A stretch of DNA of 64,000 nucleotides from an uncultured Methanosarcinales archaeon. Lineage in GTDB: Archaea; Nanobdellota; Nanobdellia; Woesearchaeales; ARS49. Position numbers and translations under genes: made by a program. The DNA is taken from NCBI GenBank assembly GCA_964637115.1, contig CAZWVL010000003.1, forward strand, positions 64,001 to 128,000, read 5' to 3'. Below are positions 46,475 to 55,749 of the stretch, piece after piece; position 1 is the first letter of the stretch; each line of letters begins with the position of its first letter. The notes below the pieces were generated by a model that was not told where the DNA came from, searched no databases, and worked only from the letters and a program-made list of their open reading frames with translations.

Positions 46475-47278
46475 ATGGACGTTAAAATAATACCGCTTGA
46501 ACTGACTGCTGAAGACACTTTCTTTGACATCATTATGAAAGGCGCGCATATTTTTTCCAAAGGAAAAATGGACCAAGTTAAGCACGTCAGCATTGATTCA
46601 ACAATTGCATTTCGTCCTGAAGATCCGCAGAGGATTGACTTGTATGCATCTTTCTCCCGCAAAACGCCAAAATATATCAGCGTGACTCTTGAATATGACA
46701 AACAGCACAATATCGCGGACAGTGCGCTACATGACGTGTTAGTGAATATTCCATCCAGAAGATACAAAATGACTGCTAGGCAGAACTTAAACGTGTCTAT
46801 AGAGGAAAGACTGACAAGAGAACCAGCACGCGTCAGAATAGATGCGCCATTTGAATGGGGTATTGCGGATGTTTCCCTGCCAAAAGAAGCAAACTGGATT
46901 GATACAGGCGTGCTAACAGGCATACTTGATAATCTTGGTCTGAGATATAGACAAGATGATCATCTGAAAGTAAAAGCTTTGAAATTCCGCTGGACACCAT
47001 TGAACAACTTGATTTCCGCCTATGAGTTTTTTGTAAAGAATAATTTCGAAACTGAATTAGTTCTTGAACTGGGGCCAATAACTGCAATTCTCAAAAATGA
47101 AAACGAAAAGCAAACCCTGAAATATTCTCTTTATTCATTTTTCGGGGTCGGGAAAAATTTTTCAGACGGATTTCAGAAAATGTTTGAAAGACATCTCTCA
47201 TTCACAGGCAGCGGCAGACCTTTTATGCTCAAAGAGCAATTCTCAGAACTCAAGAGCGAAGGAGTGGATTACAAATAA
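46475..47278 (+). CDS. Hypothetical protein (267 aa)
   Basis: Long ORF filling the gap; no motif recognised. Confidence 0.6.
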   Translation: MDVKIIPLELTAEDTFFDIIMKGAHIFSKGKMDQVKHVSIDSTIAFRPEDPQRIDLYASFSRKTPKYISVTLEYDKQHNIADSALHDVLVNIPSRRYKMTARQNLNVSIEERLTREPARVRIDAPFEWGIADVSLPKEANWIDTGVLTGILDNLGLRYRQDDHLKVKALKFRWTPLNNLISAYEFFVKNNFETELVLELGPITAILKNENEKQTLKYSLYSFFGVGKNFSDGFQKMFERHLSFTGSGRPFMLKEQFSELKSEGVDYK

Positions 47279-47289
47279 AAAAAATAAAA

Positions 47290-47703
47290 TTAGGCCCAAA
47301 CGGCCAAAATCCAGGTCATCACAATAAGCGAGACCAGATAGTGCAATGAGTTAATCACAAACAGTTTGATAGGCTTTCCTTCCCAAAGATAAGAGCCTAG
47401 CTGCATCGGTGCAACAAGACCAAGCCAGAGCCAGAACGCCAATTGGGCTGACGTGGCAAACGTGGTTGCTGCCAGATAATCAACAAAGTGCGACAACACA
47501 TATGCTGTAACTAACGTTGCGATAAAACCCAAGGTCATAGCACGGGAAGGACTTACTTTCATCTTCTTGACAGACTTTGGAGTGAAGCCCATTATTTTCA
47601 TCCATTGCTTTCCAAACAAGGGGCCATACCAAATCATGCCGATTGCCATACTTGCAATCGATGCCACTAGAACTGCCAGATAATTTATCATAACTTCTGC
47701 CAT
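47290..47703 (-). CDS. DUF1761-family membrane protein
   Basis: INYLAVLVASIASMAIGMIWYGPLFGKQWMK; GAGGTGA SD supports ATG 47703. Confidence 0.8.
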   Translation of the reverse strand: MAEVMINYLAVLVASIASMAIGMIWYGPLFGKQWMKIMGFTPKSVKKMKVSPSRAMTLGFIATLVTAYVLSHFVDYLAATTFATSAQLAFWLWLGLVAPMQLGSYLWEGKPIKLFVINSLHYLVSLIVMTWILAVWA

Positions 47704-47746
47704 AATATTCACCTCATATGGCATAAACGAAGGAGGATTTAAAAAG

Positions 47747-48379
47747 CTATTTGCGGATTACAATATCCTTCTGGTCAAATCGCACCTTTAAATTCTGCGC
47801 TGCTTTGTCATCAGCTGCACGGTATCCTATGGTGCACAGCACTGTCGAAGCTAGATTATGCTTCTTCAGCTCGAGCACTTCGTCAAACTTGGCAGGGTCG
47901 AAGCCCTCCATAGGGCACGCGTCAATGCGTTTCTGAGCGGCAGTAAACAGTAAAAAGCCAAGCGCGATATACGATTGATGCTTGCTCCACTCAAGAATTG
48001 CATCCTTTGAACGGCTCTTCACATCACCAGTCATCATGTCCTGGTAGCCCTTCAATGCCTCAACGGTTGTCTTGCGCTGCTTTGCAATCTCATCAACATA
48101 ATGCTGAACGTAATTCTCATCGACATCAGTTCTCGTGGCAAGCACAATCAGATGTGAGGCGTCTGTTATTTGAGGCTGATTCCATGCATGCTCGCGAAGC
48201 TTTTTGCGAAGCACAGGATCTGTTACGACTACAAACTTCCACGGCTGCAAGCCATACGAAGAGGGTGCCAAACGACCGGCTTCAAGTATTTCGTTCAAGT
48301 CTTCTTCTGACACTTTCTTTTCCGTGTCAAACTTCTTTGTGGCGTACCGCCAGTTTAGTGCTCTTATGATGTCTGTCAT
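47747..48379 (-). CDS. NAD(P)H-dependent nitroreductase (NfsB-like)
   Basis: LNWRYATKKFD, LAPSSYGLQPWKFVVV, NQPQITDASHL, IDACPMEGFD, IGYR. Confidence 0.92.
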   Translation of the reverse strand: MTDIIRALNWRYATKKFDTEKKVSEEDLNEILEAGRLAPSSYGLQPWKFVVVTDPVLRKKLREHAWNQPQITDASHLIVLATRTDVDENYVQHYVDEIAKQRKTTVEALKGYQDMMTGDVKSRSKDAILEWSKHQSYIALGFLLFTAAQKRIDACPMEGFDPAKFDEVLELKKHNLASTVLCTIGYRAADDKAAQNLKVRFDQKDIVIRK

Positions 48380-48428
48380 ACCATGATGGCTGCAACATTT
48401 AAATATAAACTTAACGAATCATACGTCC

Positions 48429-48803
48429 ATGCACGTAGAAGGCATAAAACGAATGGTGGACCGGCAATTAGAGCACGGCAAGAAAGAGGAAGAATTGAAG
48501 AAAAAAGAGATTGACTCTTTGTTCAAGGAACGATCGCGTGTTCATGTAATTGTCAGAGGCAGAGTGCACGGCGTATTCTATCGGGACTATGTAAAAAAAG
48601 AAGCAGACAAAATGGGCATAACCGGATGGGTCAGAAATATTGATGATGGTGGAGTTGAGATTGTCGCAGAAGGAGACAAAACCTGTTTGCGGCAGTTTAT
48701 TGTTCTCTGCGAAAAAGGAAGTCCTCTTGCAACTGTAACGAAACTCGATTACGAATGGGAAGAATATTCAGGAAAGTTTAATGATTTTTATATCAAGTAT
48801 TAA
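48429..48803 (+). CDS. acyP: Acylphosphatase with N-terminal charged extension
   Basis: VRGRVHGVFYR and GWVRN..DGGVEIVAEG catalytic motifs. Confidence 0.85.
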   Translation: MHVEGIKRMVDRQLEHGKKEEELKKKEIDSLFKERSRVHVIVRGRVHGVFYRDYVKKEADKMGITGWVRNIDDGGVEIVAEGDKTCLRQFIVLCEKGSPLATVTKLDYEWEEYSGKFNDFYIKY

Positions 48804-48806
48804 TCA

Positions 48807-48953
48807 TCACTTTTCAAAAGAACCGAAATGTTTCCCATCTGTGCATTCACACACTTCCAGCGGCTGGTTATGCTTCAGGCACGTCATAGCCTGGCATGCG
48901 CCGGCTTTTTGCGAGACACCCTTACAACCGCCTGTGCAAATAAAGTGTTTCAT
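48807..48953 (-). CDS. Small Cys/His-rich protein (48 aa, not in ORF track), last gene of the dehydrogenase operon
   Basis: MKHFICTGGCKGVSQKAGACQAMTCLKHNQPLEVCECTDGKHFGSFEK; ATG 2 nt after the E2 stop; 6 Cys + 3 His. Confidence 0.7.
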   Translation of the reverse strand: MKHFICTGGCKGVSQKAGACQAMTCLKHNQPLEVCECTDGKHFGSFEK

Positions 48954-48955
48954 GG

Positions 48956-50218
48956 CTAATATCCCATCAACAGTGCATCCGGGTCTTCCAAATGGCGCTT
49001 GATTTCATTCACGAACTTTGCAGCAAGTGCGCCGTCAATTATCCTGTGGTCAAAAGACAAGGACATCGGAAGCATTTTTCTTATTTCTATCTTGCCATCA
49101 ACAACAACCGGCTTCTCGGATATCCTGCCCAAAGCAAGAATAGCGCACTCTGGATAATTGATGACTGGAGTAGCAAATTCGCCTCCAAGACTGCCGATGT
49201 TAGTAATGGTAAAAGTGCCACCCTGCAAGTCCTTCAACTGGATTTCCCTTGTTCTGGCAAGCTCTGCCATGCGCCAAATATCACGGGCGATTTCGAGAAT
49301 GGTTTTCTCGTTCGCATTATGGATAACCGGCACCATCAAGCCAGCCTGCGTATCAACAGCAATGCCAATATGATAAAATTGCTTGATAACAATCTCCTGC
49401 TTTTCATCGTCCAAACTTGAGTTCACATATGGGAATTCTTTAAGAGCAAGCGTGCACGCTTTGACTATAAACGGCATGAATGTCAGGTGGACGCCTTTCT
49501 TTTCAGCTTCTTCCTTTTCCTTCTCCCTGTAAGCTGCAAGCTTGGTAACGTCAGCGTAGTCCATATGAGTAACGTGTGCGGCCTTGCTCAGACTTTCACG
49601 CATATTCTCTGCAATTGTTCGGCGAATGCCTTTTAATGGAATGCGCAGGACTCTTCCGAATTTTTCAAACGTAACTGTAGGGCCAGGAGCGGCTTTAACT
49701 GCCTGGCCTGCACCTCGCCTAATATCATCCTCGGTAATTCTTCCGCCAGGGCCAGTTCCTTGCACTTTTGAAATATCAACGTTCATTTCCTGAGCAAGCT
49801 TTCTGATAGCTGGCAGGACTGCAACAGAAGGTTCAGCAGCTTTCTTCGGCGTAATTGGAGTAACTTTTTTCTCTTCCTCTTCAGGCGCTTCTTCCAATTG
49901 ACCGATAACTGTCGTAGAGACTTTTTTTGCAGGCGCAACAGGTTTTGCAGGTGCTGCTGCAACTTTTGCTATTTTCTCCCCTACTTCTCCAATCGTGCAA
50001 AGCACATCTCCAACATGAATCTTCTCTCCTGGACTGCCATTTATTTTTAGAATCGTTCCAGTTTTTGGACTCGGTACTTGAACAACGGCCTTGTCAGTCT
50101 CCAATTCAACAATCGGCTGATGCTCCTCAACTTTATCGCCTTCCTTAACAAGCCATTTGATTAATTCTCCCTCAGCAATACCCTCTCCCAAGTCCGGCAG
50201 CCTGAAATCGTATGCCAC
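48956..50218 (-). CDS. pdhC: 2-oxoacid dehydrogenase E2 (dihydrolipoamide acyltransferase)
   Basis: Lipoyl domain ETDKAVV, E3-binding domain (GTGPGGRITEDD), catalytic DHRIIDG. Confidence 0.95.
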   Translation of the reverse strand: MAYDFRLPDLGEGIAEGELIKWLVKEGDKVEEHQPIVELETDKAVVQVPSPKTGTILKINGSPGEKIHVGDVLCTIGEVGEKIAKVAAAPAKPVAPAKKVSTTVIGQLEEAPEEEEKKVTPITPKKAAEPSVAVLPAIRKLAQEMNVDISKVQGTGPGGRITEDDIRRGAGQAVKAAPGPTVTFEKFGRVLRIPLKGIRRTIAENMRESLSKAAHVTHMDYADVTKLAAYREKEKEEAEKKGVHLTFMPFIVKACTLALKEFPYVNSSLDDEKQEIVIKQFYHIGIAVDTQAGLMVPVIHNANEKTILEIARDIWRMAELARTREIQLKDLQGGTFTITNIGSLGGEFATPVINYPECAILALGRISEKPVVVDGKIEIRKMLPMSLSFDHRIIDGALAAKFVNEIKRHLEDPDALLMGY

Positions 50219-51195
50219 TAGAACTTCATCACCTTTTCAATAGCTTTTCCAATCTTTTCAGGATTAGGCAAGTAGGCGTCTTCCAACTTAAAGTATGGGA
50301 ATGGAGTATCGTAGCCCGTTACTCTTAAGACTGGGGCTTTCAAAAATAATAACAATTTTTCCTGAATTCTGGCAGCAATCTCTGCGCCGAAACCAAGAGT
50401 GTGCGGAGCTTCGTGCACGACAATAGCTCTTCCAGTCTTTTGCACGCTTGCAAGAATTGTGTCCCAATCACAAGGATTCAAAGTTCTAACGTCAATCACT
50501 TCTGCACGAATGCCATTAGCAGCAGAAGCATCAGCAGCTTTAGTTGTTTCTCTAACCATAGCGCCCCAGCTGATAAGTGTTAAGTCTGCGCCCTCTCGTA
50601 GAATGTTTGCCTTGCCAATTTCAACAGTGTACGCTCCCTCAGGCACTTCATCCCTGATAGCACGGTAAATTCTCTTTGGCTCCATAAAAATAACAGGGTC
50701 TGGATCGCGAATAGCTGCAATAAGCAAACCTTTTGTGTCATACGGATTGCTGGGAATCACAACTTTCAAGCCAGGAGTGTGAACAAAATAACTCTCAGGA
50801 CTCTCATTATGGTGCTCCAATGCGCGAATTCCGCCACCATAAGGGAAACGCAGCACAAGAGGACAAGTTATTTTTCCTCTTGTCCTATTTCTTATCCTTG
50901 CAGCATGCGAGAACAACTGGTCGTATGCAGGATAAGTAAAACCGTCAAACTGAATCTCGCACACAGGCTTCAAACCCATCACTGCCATACCAATGCTTGT
51001 TCCAACAATGCCGGATTCCGCTAAAGGAGTATCGATAACACGATGGTTGCCATACTTCTTGTACAAACCATCAGTTGCGCGGAAAACACCGCCGTCAACA
51101 CCAACATCCTCTCCTAGAACAATGACTTTTTCATCTCGGCCCATCTCAACGTCCAAAGCATCCCGCACAGCTTCAACGATAGTTAATTTTGCCAT
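50218..51195 (-). CDS. pdhB: 2-oxoacid dehydrogenase E1 beta subunit
   Basis: GEDVGVDGGVFRATDGL, DTPLAESGIVG, ALEHHNESPE, DPDPVIFMEPK. Confidence 0.95.
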   Translation of the reverse strand: MAKLTIVEAVRDALDVEMGRDEKVIVLGEDVGVDGGVFRATDGLYKKYGNHRVIDTPLAESGIVGTSIGMAVMGLKPVCEIQFDGFTYPAYDQLFSHAARIRNRTRGKITCPLVLRFPYGGGIRALEHHNESPESYFVHTPGLKVVIPSNPYDTKGLLIAAIRDPDPVIFMEPKRIYRAIRDEVPEGAYTVEIGKANILREGADLTLISWGAMVRETTKAADASAANGIRAEVIDVRTLNPCDWDTILASVQKTGRAIVVHEAPHTLGFGAEIAARIQEKLLLFLKAPVLRVTGYDTPFPYFKLEDAYLPNPEKIGKAIEKVMKF

Positions 51196-52262
51196 TCATC
51201 CCTCTGCTCTTTAAGATTTGGCGTCAATTTGGAATAAACGGAATCAAACATGTCTGTAGGAATGGGCTTGTGTTTCTCAGCTTCAACAACGCCTTGATCA
51301 ACGATCCTCTTGCATTCTGCCTGTACTGCTGCCTCAAATTTTTCGTCCCACAATTTCTTCTTTTTCAAGTAAATTTGGAAGCGTTTCAGTGGTTCTTTTT
51401 CCAACCACGCCTTCAGCACTTTTGGATCCTGATATCTTGTAGGATCATCTGCAGTCGTATGAGGAGTAATACGATATGAAACACACTCTATAAGAGTCGG
51501 CCCTTTGTCAGCACGCGCCTTGTCCATTGCCTGCTTTACAACAGAATAGACTGCGAGAATGTCATTGCCGTCAACCTGAATTCCATCAAAACCGTAACCG
51601 ATTGCTTTTTGTGCCAAAGTCTCAGCCCTTGTCTGGCAGCCGCCCCAAGTTTTATCATAACAAGTGCGAGGCACGCTGATAGCCCAGTGATTATTTCTTA
51701 TAACGATAACAGAAGGTGTAACGAAAGCGCCGGCAAAATTCAAACCTTCATTAAAATCGCCAGTGCTTGTGGAAGCATCGCCAACAAAAGTCAATGTTGC
51801 AGATTTCTGCTTCTTAATTTTCATTCCAAGAGCAGCACCAACACCGTGCAAAGTCTGCGTGCCAACAGGAATGCAGACAGGCATAATATTCGATTTTTCG
51901 GGCAAGGCCATCCCATCCTCAGAGCCTCCCCAGTGCATAAGAAGATTTTTGACAGGAACTCCTCTCATCAAAAATGCTATATGCTCCCTGTAATCAGGAA
52001 AAATCCAGTCCTCGCCCTTGCAGGCGAAAACAGAGCCAACATGAACAGCCTCTTCACCCAGACTCTGAGCATAAGTGCCAATCCTGCCTTCTCTCTGCAA
52101 AGCCAAGGCAGTGTTGTCAAATGTTCTTTCAAGAACCAACCACTTGTACAAATCCCTCAATTCCTGCGGAGAAAGCTTTGGCTCCAACTTCTTGTCAACA
52201 TTACCCTTTTCGTCAACAATCTGGACGTACTTGACCGTAAACTTGCCTACAATCTTCTGCAT
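51183..52262 (-). CDS. pdhA: 2-oxoacid dehydrogenase E1 alpha subunit
   Basis: LQREGRIGTY, PDYRE, ThDP motif variant GDASTSTGDFNEGLNFAG...NNHWAIS, PHTTADDPTRY. Pyruvate vs branched-chain specificity not resolvable by eye. Confidence 0.93.
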   Translation of the reverse strand: MQKIVGKFTVKYVQIVDEKGNVDKKLEPKLSPQELRDLYKWLVLERTFDNTALALQREGRIGTYAQSLGEEAVHVGSVFACKGEDWIFPDYREHIAFLMRGVPVKNLLMHWGGSEDGMALPEKSNIMPVCIPVGTQTLHGVGAALGMKIKKQKSATLTFVGDASTSTGDFNEGLNFAGAFVTPSVIVIRNNHWAISVPRTCYDKTWGGCQTRAETLAQKAIGYGFDGIQVDGNDILAVYSVVKQAMDKARADKGPTLIECVSYRITPHTTADDPTRYQDPKVLKAWLEKEPLKRFQIYLKKKKLWDEKFEAAVQAECKRIVDQGVVEAEKHKPIPTDMFDSVYSKLTPNLKEQRDEWQN

Positions 52263-52301
52263 ACAACCTCTTTTTAACAGACAAAATAGAAATTACTGCG
52301 T

Positions 52302-53159
52302 TTATAAGGCTTTCGTTGAAGAGAAATCGTAAATGGTCCTTCCTTTAAGGCTATCAGGAGCGTGCTTTAATCGGTCAGGATATTTGCCCCAGGTAAATGC
52401 GCACAGTTCGCCTTTCCGTTCTTTGCCTGTGCCTTTCAGGTGCTCTGCATTCCTGTAGTTTTCAGCCATTTCCTTGATTTTAACCCACTCTTGCTCTGTA
52501 AACGGCTTCTCGTAATAAGCACACTTGTCCATAAATGATTGCTTTACTGCATCACAAACATCTTTGGGCGATTTGTCTGTTAATTTACGCAAGAATGTGA
52601 AATGCTTTTGCAGCTCTTTCTTTGGCAGGCCATAAATATTCTTCAAAATCTTAAAATTAGGATCGTAGAAAATACTTCCGTGAATGAGGTATGGTGTTCC
52701 AGGTTTGGCCTGCGCCTGCACCGCAGTGCCTGCAATCTTGCGGTACTGCCCTCCTCTGCTCGGCACAAATATTGAAGTGCCCAGATTGGAAAGTGTTTTA
52801 ATTCCAAGAGAATCTATGCCATCCATAACCCAGCTCTTTGCCAACAGAGTTGCACGCATGATATCAATTTTTGAATCTTCGTCAATGCACGAGAATGCAA
52901 ACGTTACATCTTGCTGATCGTGCGGTAAAATCTCGCCGCCTGTTGGACGGCGAAAAACTGGCGTTCCATTCCTGCAGGAATCCGGAAGAGTCGCATAATT
53001 AATGCCTTTTCCTATTGTTACAGTAAAAGGTTCAAAATGAGAAAGCATCAAAGTTGGGTCACGAAGTGTTGTAAGAAACTCGTGTGCAGCCATAGTGGTA
53101 GCGCCGTCTAATCTGAGAACTTCAGGAATTACCCGAATGTACAACTGGTTTGCCATCAT
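52302..53159 (-). CDS. Lipoate-protein ligase / octanoyltransferase family catalytic domain
   Basis: FRRPTGGEILPHD, KIAGTA, HGSI; no obvious LplA C-terminal domain; sits inside the lipA-E1-E2 operon; start uncertain (53156/53159/53177). Confidence 0.8.
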   Translation of the reverse strand: MMANQLYIRVIPEVLRLDGATTMAAHEFLTTLRDPTLMLSHFEPFTVTIGKGINYATLPDSCRNGTPVFRRPTGGEILPHDQQDVTFAFSCIDEDSKIDIMRATLLAKSWVMDGIDSLGIKTLSNLGTSIFVPSRGGQYRKIAGTAVQAQAKPGTPYLIHGSIFYDPNFKILKNIYGLPKKELQKHFTFLRKLTDKSPKDVCDAVKQSFMDKCAYYEKPFTEQEWVKIKEMAENYRNAEHLKGTGKERKGELCAFTWGKYPDRLKHAPDSLKGRTIYDFSSTKAL

Positions 53160-54075
53160 TTCCAGGGTGCTTACCATGCAATGCGTGTTTTATGAACAAC
53201 TCTCCTGCGCGATAGGAACTTCGTACAAAAGGTCCTGCCGCAACAAAGAGGAACCCCTTGCTCTCTGCAATACCCTTTAGCCTATTAAATTTATCGGGGT
53301 GAACGTATTCTGCAACAGTCAGATGCCAGGAGCTGGGTCGCAAATATTGCCCCATTGTCAGAATCTGAACACCGGCAGAGCGCAACTCGTCCATTGCGGA
53401 AATAACCTGCTCTTCCGTCTCTCCAATGCCAAGCATGATTGAAGACTTTGTGATAATATTTGGATTGAGTTCTTTTACGTGCTTTAAAACGAATAAACTC
53501 TGGTCCATATTCGCCCGCGGGTCTCGAACTTTTCTCTGCAAATCTCTGACAGTCTCTATATTGTGAGCATAAACATCAGGACCGGCCTCTACAACAGTCT
53601 TAATTGCGTCTTTGTTGCCTTTGAAGTCAGGTGTGAGTACTTCAACCAGTGCATTTGGGTGACGCTTCTTAATTTCTTTGATGCACAAAGCAAAATGTGC
53701 AGCACCACCGTCAGGTAAATCATCTCTCGTGACAGATGTAAGCACTGTATAATCAAGCCCCATTTCTGCAATCGCTTCTGCAAGTTTAACCGGCTCTTTA
53801 GCATCCAATGGCTTGGCAGGATACGCAGTCTTAATATGACAGAACTTGCACGCCCTTGTGCAGACATCGCCCATTAATAAAAAAGTGGCCGTGCCTTCAT
53901 TTGCCCAGCACTCAGGAATGTTTGGACAATGGCTTTCTTCGCAGACGGTATAAAGGTTTCTTTTTCTTAAGGCATTCTTGATTTTGTCAAACTTTTCACC
54001 AGAATATAATTTGATTTTCAGCCATTCGGGCTTTCGTTCAAGAAAATACACTCTCGTAGCTTCCGGATGTCTCAT
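53122..54075 (-). CDS. lipA: Lipoyl synthase (radical SAM), bacterial LipA type
   Basis: CEESHCPNIPEC (Cx4Cx5C), CTRACKFC (Cx3Cx2C), HNIETV, GQYLRPS, VRSSY. Confidence 0.96.
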   Translation of the reverse strand: MRHPEATRVYFLERKPEWLKIKLYSGEKFDKIKNALRKRNLYTVCEESHCPNIPECWANEGTATFLLMGDVCTRACKFCHIKTAYPAKPLDAKEPVKLAEAIAEMGLDYTVLTSVTRDDLPDGGAAHFALCIKEIKKRHPNALVEVLTPDFKGNKDAIKTVVEAGPDVYAHNIETVRDLQRKVRDPRANMDQSLFVLKHVKELNPNIITKSSIMLGIGETEEQVISAMDELRSAGVQILTMGQYLRPSSWHLTVAEYVHPDKFNRLKGIAESKGFLFVAAGPFVRSSYRAGELFIKHALHGKHPGNDGKPVVHSGNS

Positions 54076-54608
54076 GCTATTGGCAGTGCTCCCAACGCCG
54101 CGCCTATAAGGTATCCAGCGATTGCGGCAGCCATTCCGACAACAGCCATTTCAATCGCAGACTTGAACGGATTAGTGCCGGTATATTTTGCTTTTATCGC
54201 TCCGCTGGCGAACAAAACCAATGTTGAGAATCCCAAAGCAGTCCAAAATGCCTGCTGGACTGGAATGAATATAAAAGGAATCAAAGGAATTAATGAGCCA
54301 ACAATTGCAGCAATTCCGACAACAAAAGCATCCCTGATTGGATGAGCAAATTCTTCAGAAATATGATTTCTTCTCTTACGATAATATTCCTTTCCAGCTT
54401 TCCCGCTGGTGTATGCAACAGCTGCCATTGAAATCGACTCTGCAAAAGTTGCTGCCAAGCCGGAAATGAGAATGATGTATTTGCTCTGTGTCGCAGTTGC
54501 AATGGCAAGAACAATGCCCAAGACATTAACTAACCCATCCTGGCCGCCCAGAATCAAATCACGAATAATGGCAGAGCCTGAACTATGATTCACCGCTTTT
54601 TTTGGCAT
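54072..54608 (-). CDS. VIT1/CCC1-family metal (Fe/Mn) transporter, short form
   Basis: IRDLILGGQDGLV, GLAATFAESISMAAVAY, GSLIPLIPF; ATGA overlap with lipA. Confidence 0.88.
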   Translation of the reverse strand: MPKKAVNHSSGSAIIRDLILGGQDGLVNVLGIVLAIATATQSKYIILISGLAATFAESISMAAVAYTSGKAGKEYYRKRRNHISEEFAHPIRDAFVVGIAAIVGSLIPLIPFIFIPVQQAFWTALGFSTLVLFASGAIKAKYTGTNPFKSAIEMAVVGMAAAIAGYLIGAALGALPIA

Positions 54609-54687
54609 GATTTATGCTATAGGGGTTTGTTTAAAAACATTATATTGTAATTGTGCAGTAGTAAATTTAGAAAAGCTTAAATAAGAA

Positions 54688-55266
54688 ATGCATGTAGATT
54701 GCAATATGAGTGAAGACTTTGCAGCGATACCAACACTAATGAGGCCGCCCTCAGTTGAACAGGTTTTGGAACTTGATTCAATTGTTAATCCTGAAACAGG
54801 AAAACCATGGCTAACAAAATCAGGAGCTGAACTTAAAGTTCTAGCAGCACTGCCTTACTTGTGGATGCAGAGATTTACAACTTATGATCCTAATGAACTC
54901 AGATCAATGCCGGAAAAATTTGATATAAGAGGCTTCCGTGTGTATGAAGTCGACAGGATTCCAAAAGGAAAGATTGGAGGAACAGAATTCCACAGAATAA
55001 GGCAAGAAATCATCTTTTGCACAGAAGGAACAGTAGACTGGGAATGCGAAGACATCTACGGAAAAACAAGAACTTTTAGACTCGGCAAAGACAAGAGTAT
55101 CTACATGCCACCATTCATCAAGCATAGTTATCGAACACCAGAAGATGGGCCGGAGAGTTCAGGACTTAGCATCATCTGCAATACGCTCTTCGATCCAAAA
55201 GACAAACGCACGCACGACTCATTTTCACAAGAAGTATTCGAAGAATTGCAGAAGTATTTCAGGTGA
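54688..55266 (+). CDS. Cupin-fold protein, WxcM/FdtA-like sugar isomerase family
   Basis: IRGFRVYEV, GGTEFHRIRQEIIFCTEG, IYMPPFIKHSY, ICNTLFDP. Confidence 0.65.
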   Translation: MHVDCNMSEDFAAIPTLMRPPSVEQVLELDSIVNPETGKPWLTKSGAELKVLAALPYLWMQRFTTYDPNELRSMPEKFDIRGFRVYEVDRIPKGKIGGTEFHRIRQEIIFCTEGTVDWECEDIYGKTRTFRLGKDKSIYMPPFIKHSYRTPEDGPESSGLSIICNTLFDPKDKRTHDSFSQEVFEELQKYFR

Positions 55267-55290
55267 GAGTTGGTTTAAAAAGATTTAGGC

Positions 55291-55749
55291 TTAGTTTTTA
55301 TGCAAAGTGTGAATTCCTTTCGGACCGTTGCCTTTAATGATGACATATTTGGGCGGCCATGCTGGTTCCAAAAGAATGCGAATCCAGGTTGGCGTGAATC
55401 TGAAGAATTTAATTTGAGAATCAGTATAGTATCCAGAACCTTCTCCGTGCTTTGCTATAAGGCGTTTTTTTGCTGCCTCGGCTTCTACGCCTGACAGTTC
55501 TGCCACTGTTCCGTCCATTTGAATGGTATGGGGATCCTGCGTAATCACAATACTCGCCTGCGGATTTGACTTCAAATTTGCATACTTTCTGTAAGTGGGA
55601 AATGTTTCAAAATATAGATTGCTTTCAGCATCTGATACATATTCAATGGTTGCCGCTTCCGGCTTTCCAGTTAAAGATGCTGTTGCAAGTACGCAGAGAT
55701 TGTTCTCAGCAAGCAATTTTTTGAATACTTCTTCAGCTTTTGTGCCCAT
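55291..55749 (-). CDS. Pyridoxamine-5'-phosphate-oxidase-like FMN-binding protein
   Basis: CVLATASLTGKPEAATIEY, LYFET, RKYANLKSNPQASIVI, FFRFTP; start set at ATG 55749. Confidence 0.8.
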   Translation of the reverse strand: MGTKAEEVFKKLLAENNLCVLATASLTGKPEAATIEYVSDAESNLYFETFPTYRKYANLKSNPQASIVITQDPHTIQMDGTVAELSGVEAEAAKKRLIAKHGEGSGYYTDSQIKFFRFTPTWIRILLEPAWPPKYVIIKGNGPKGIHTLHKN

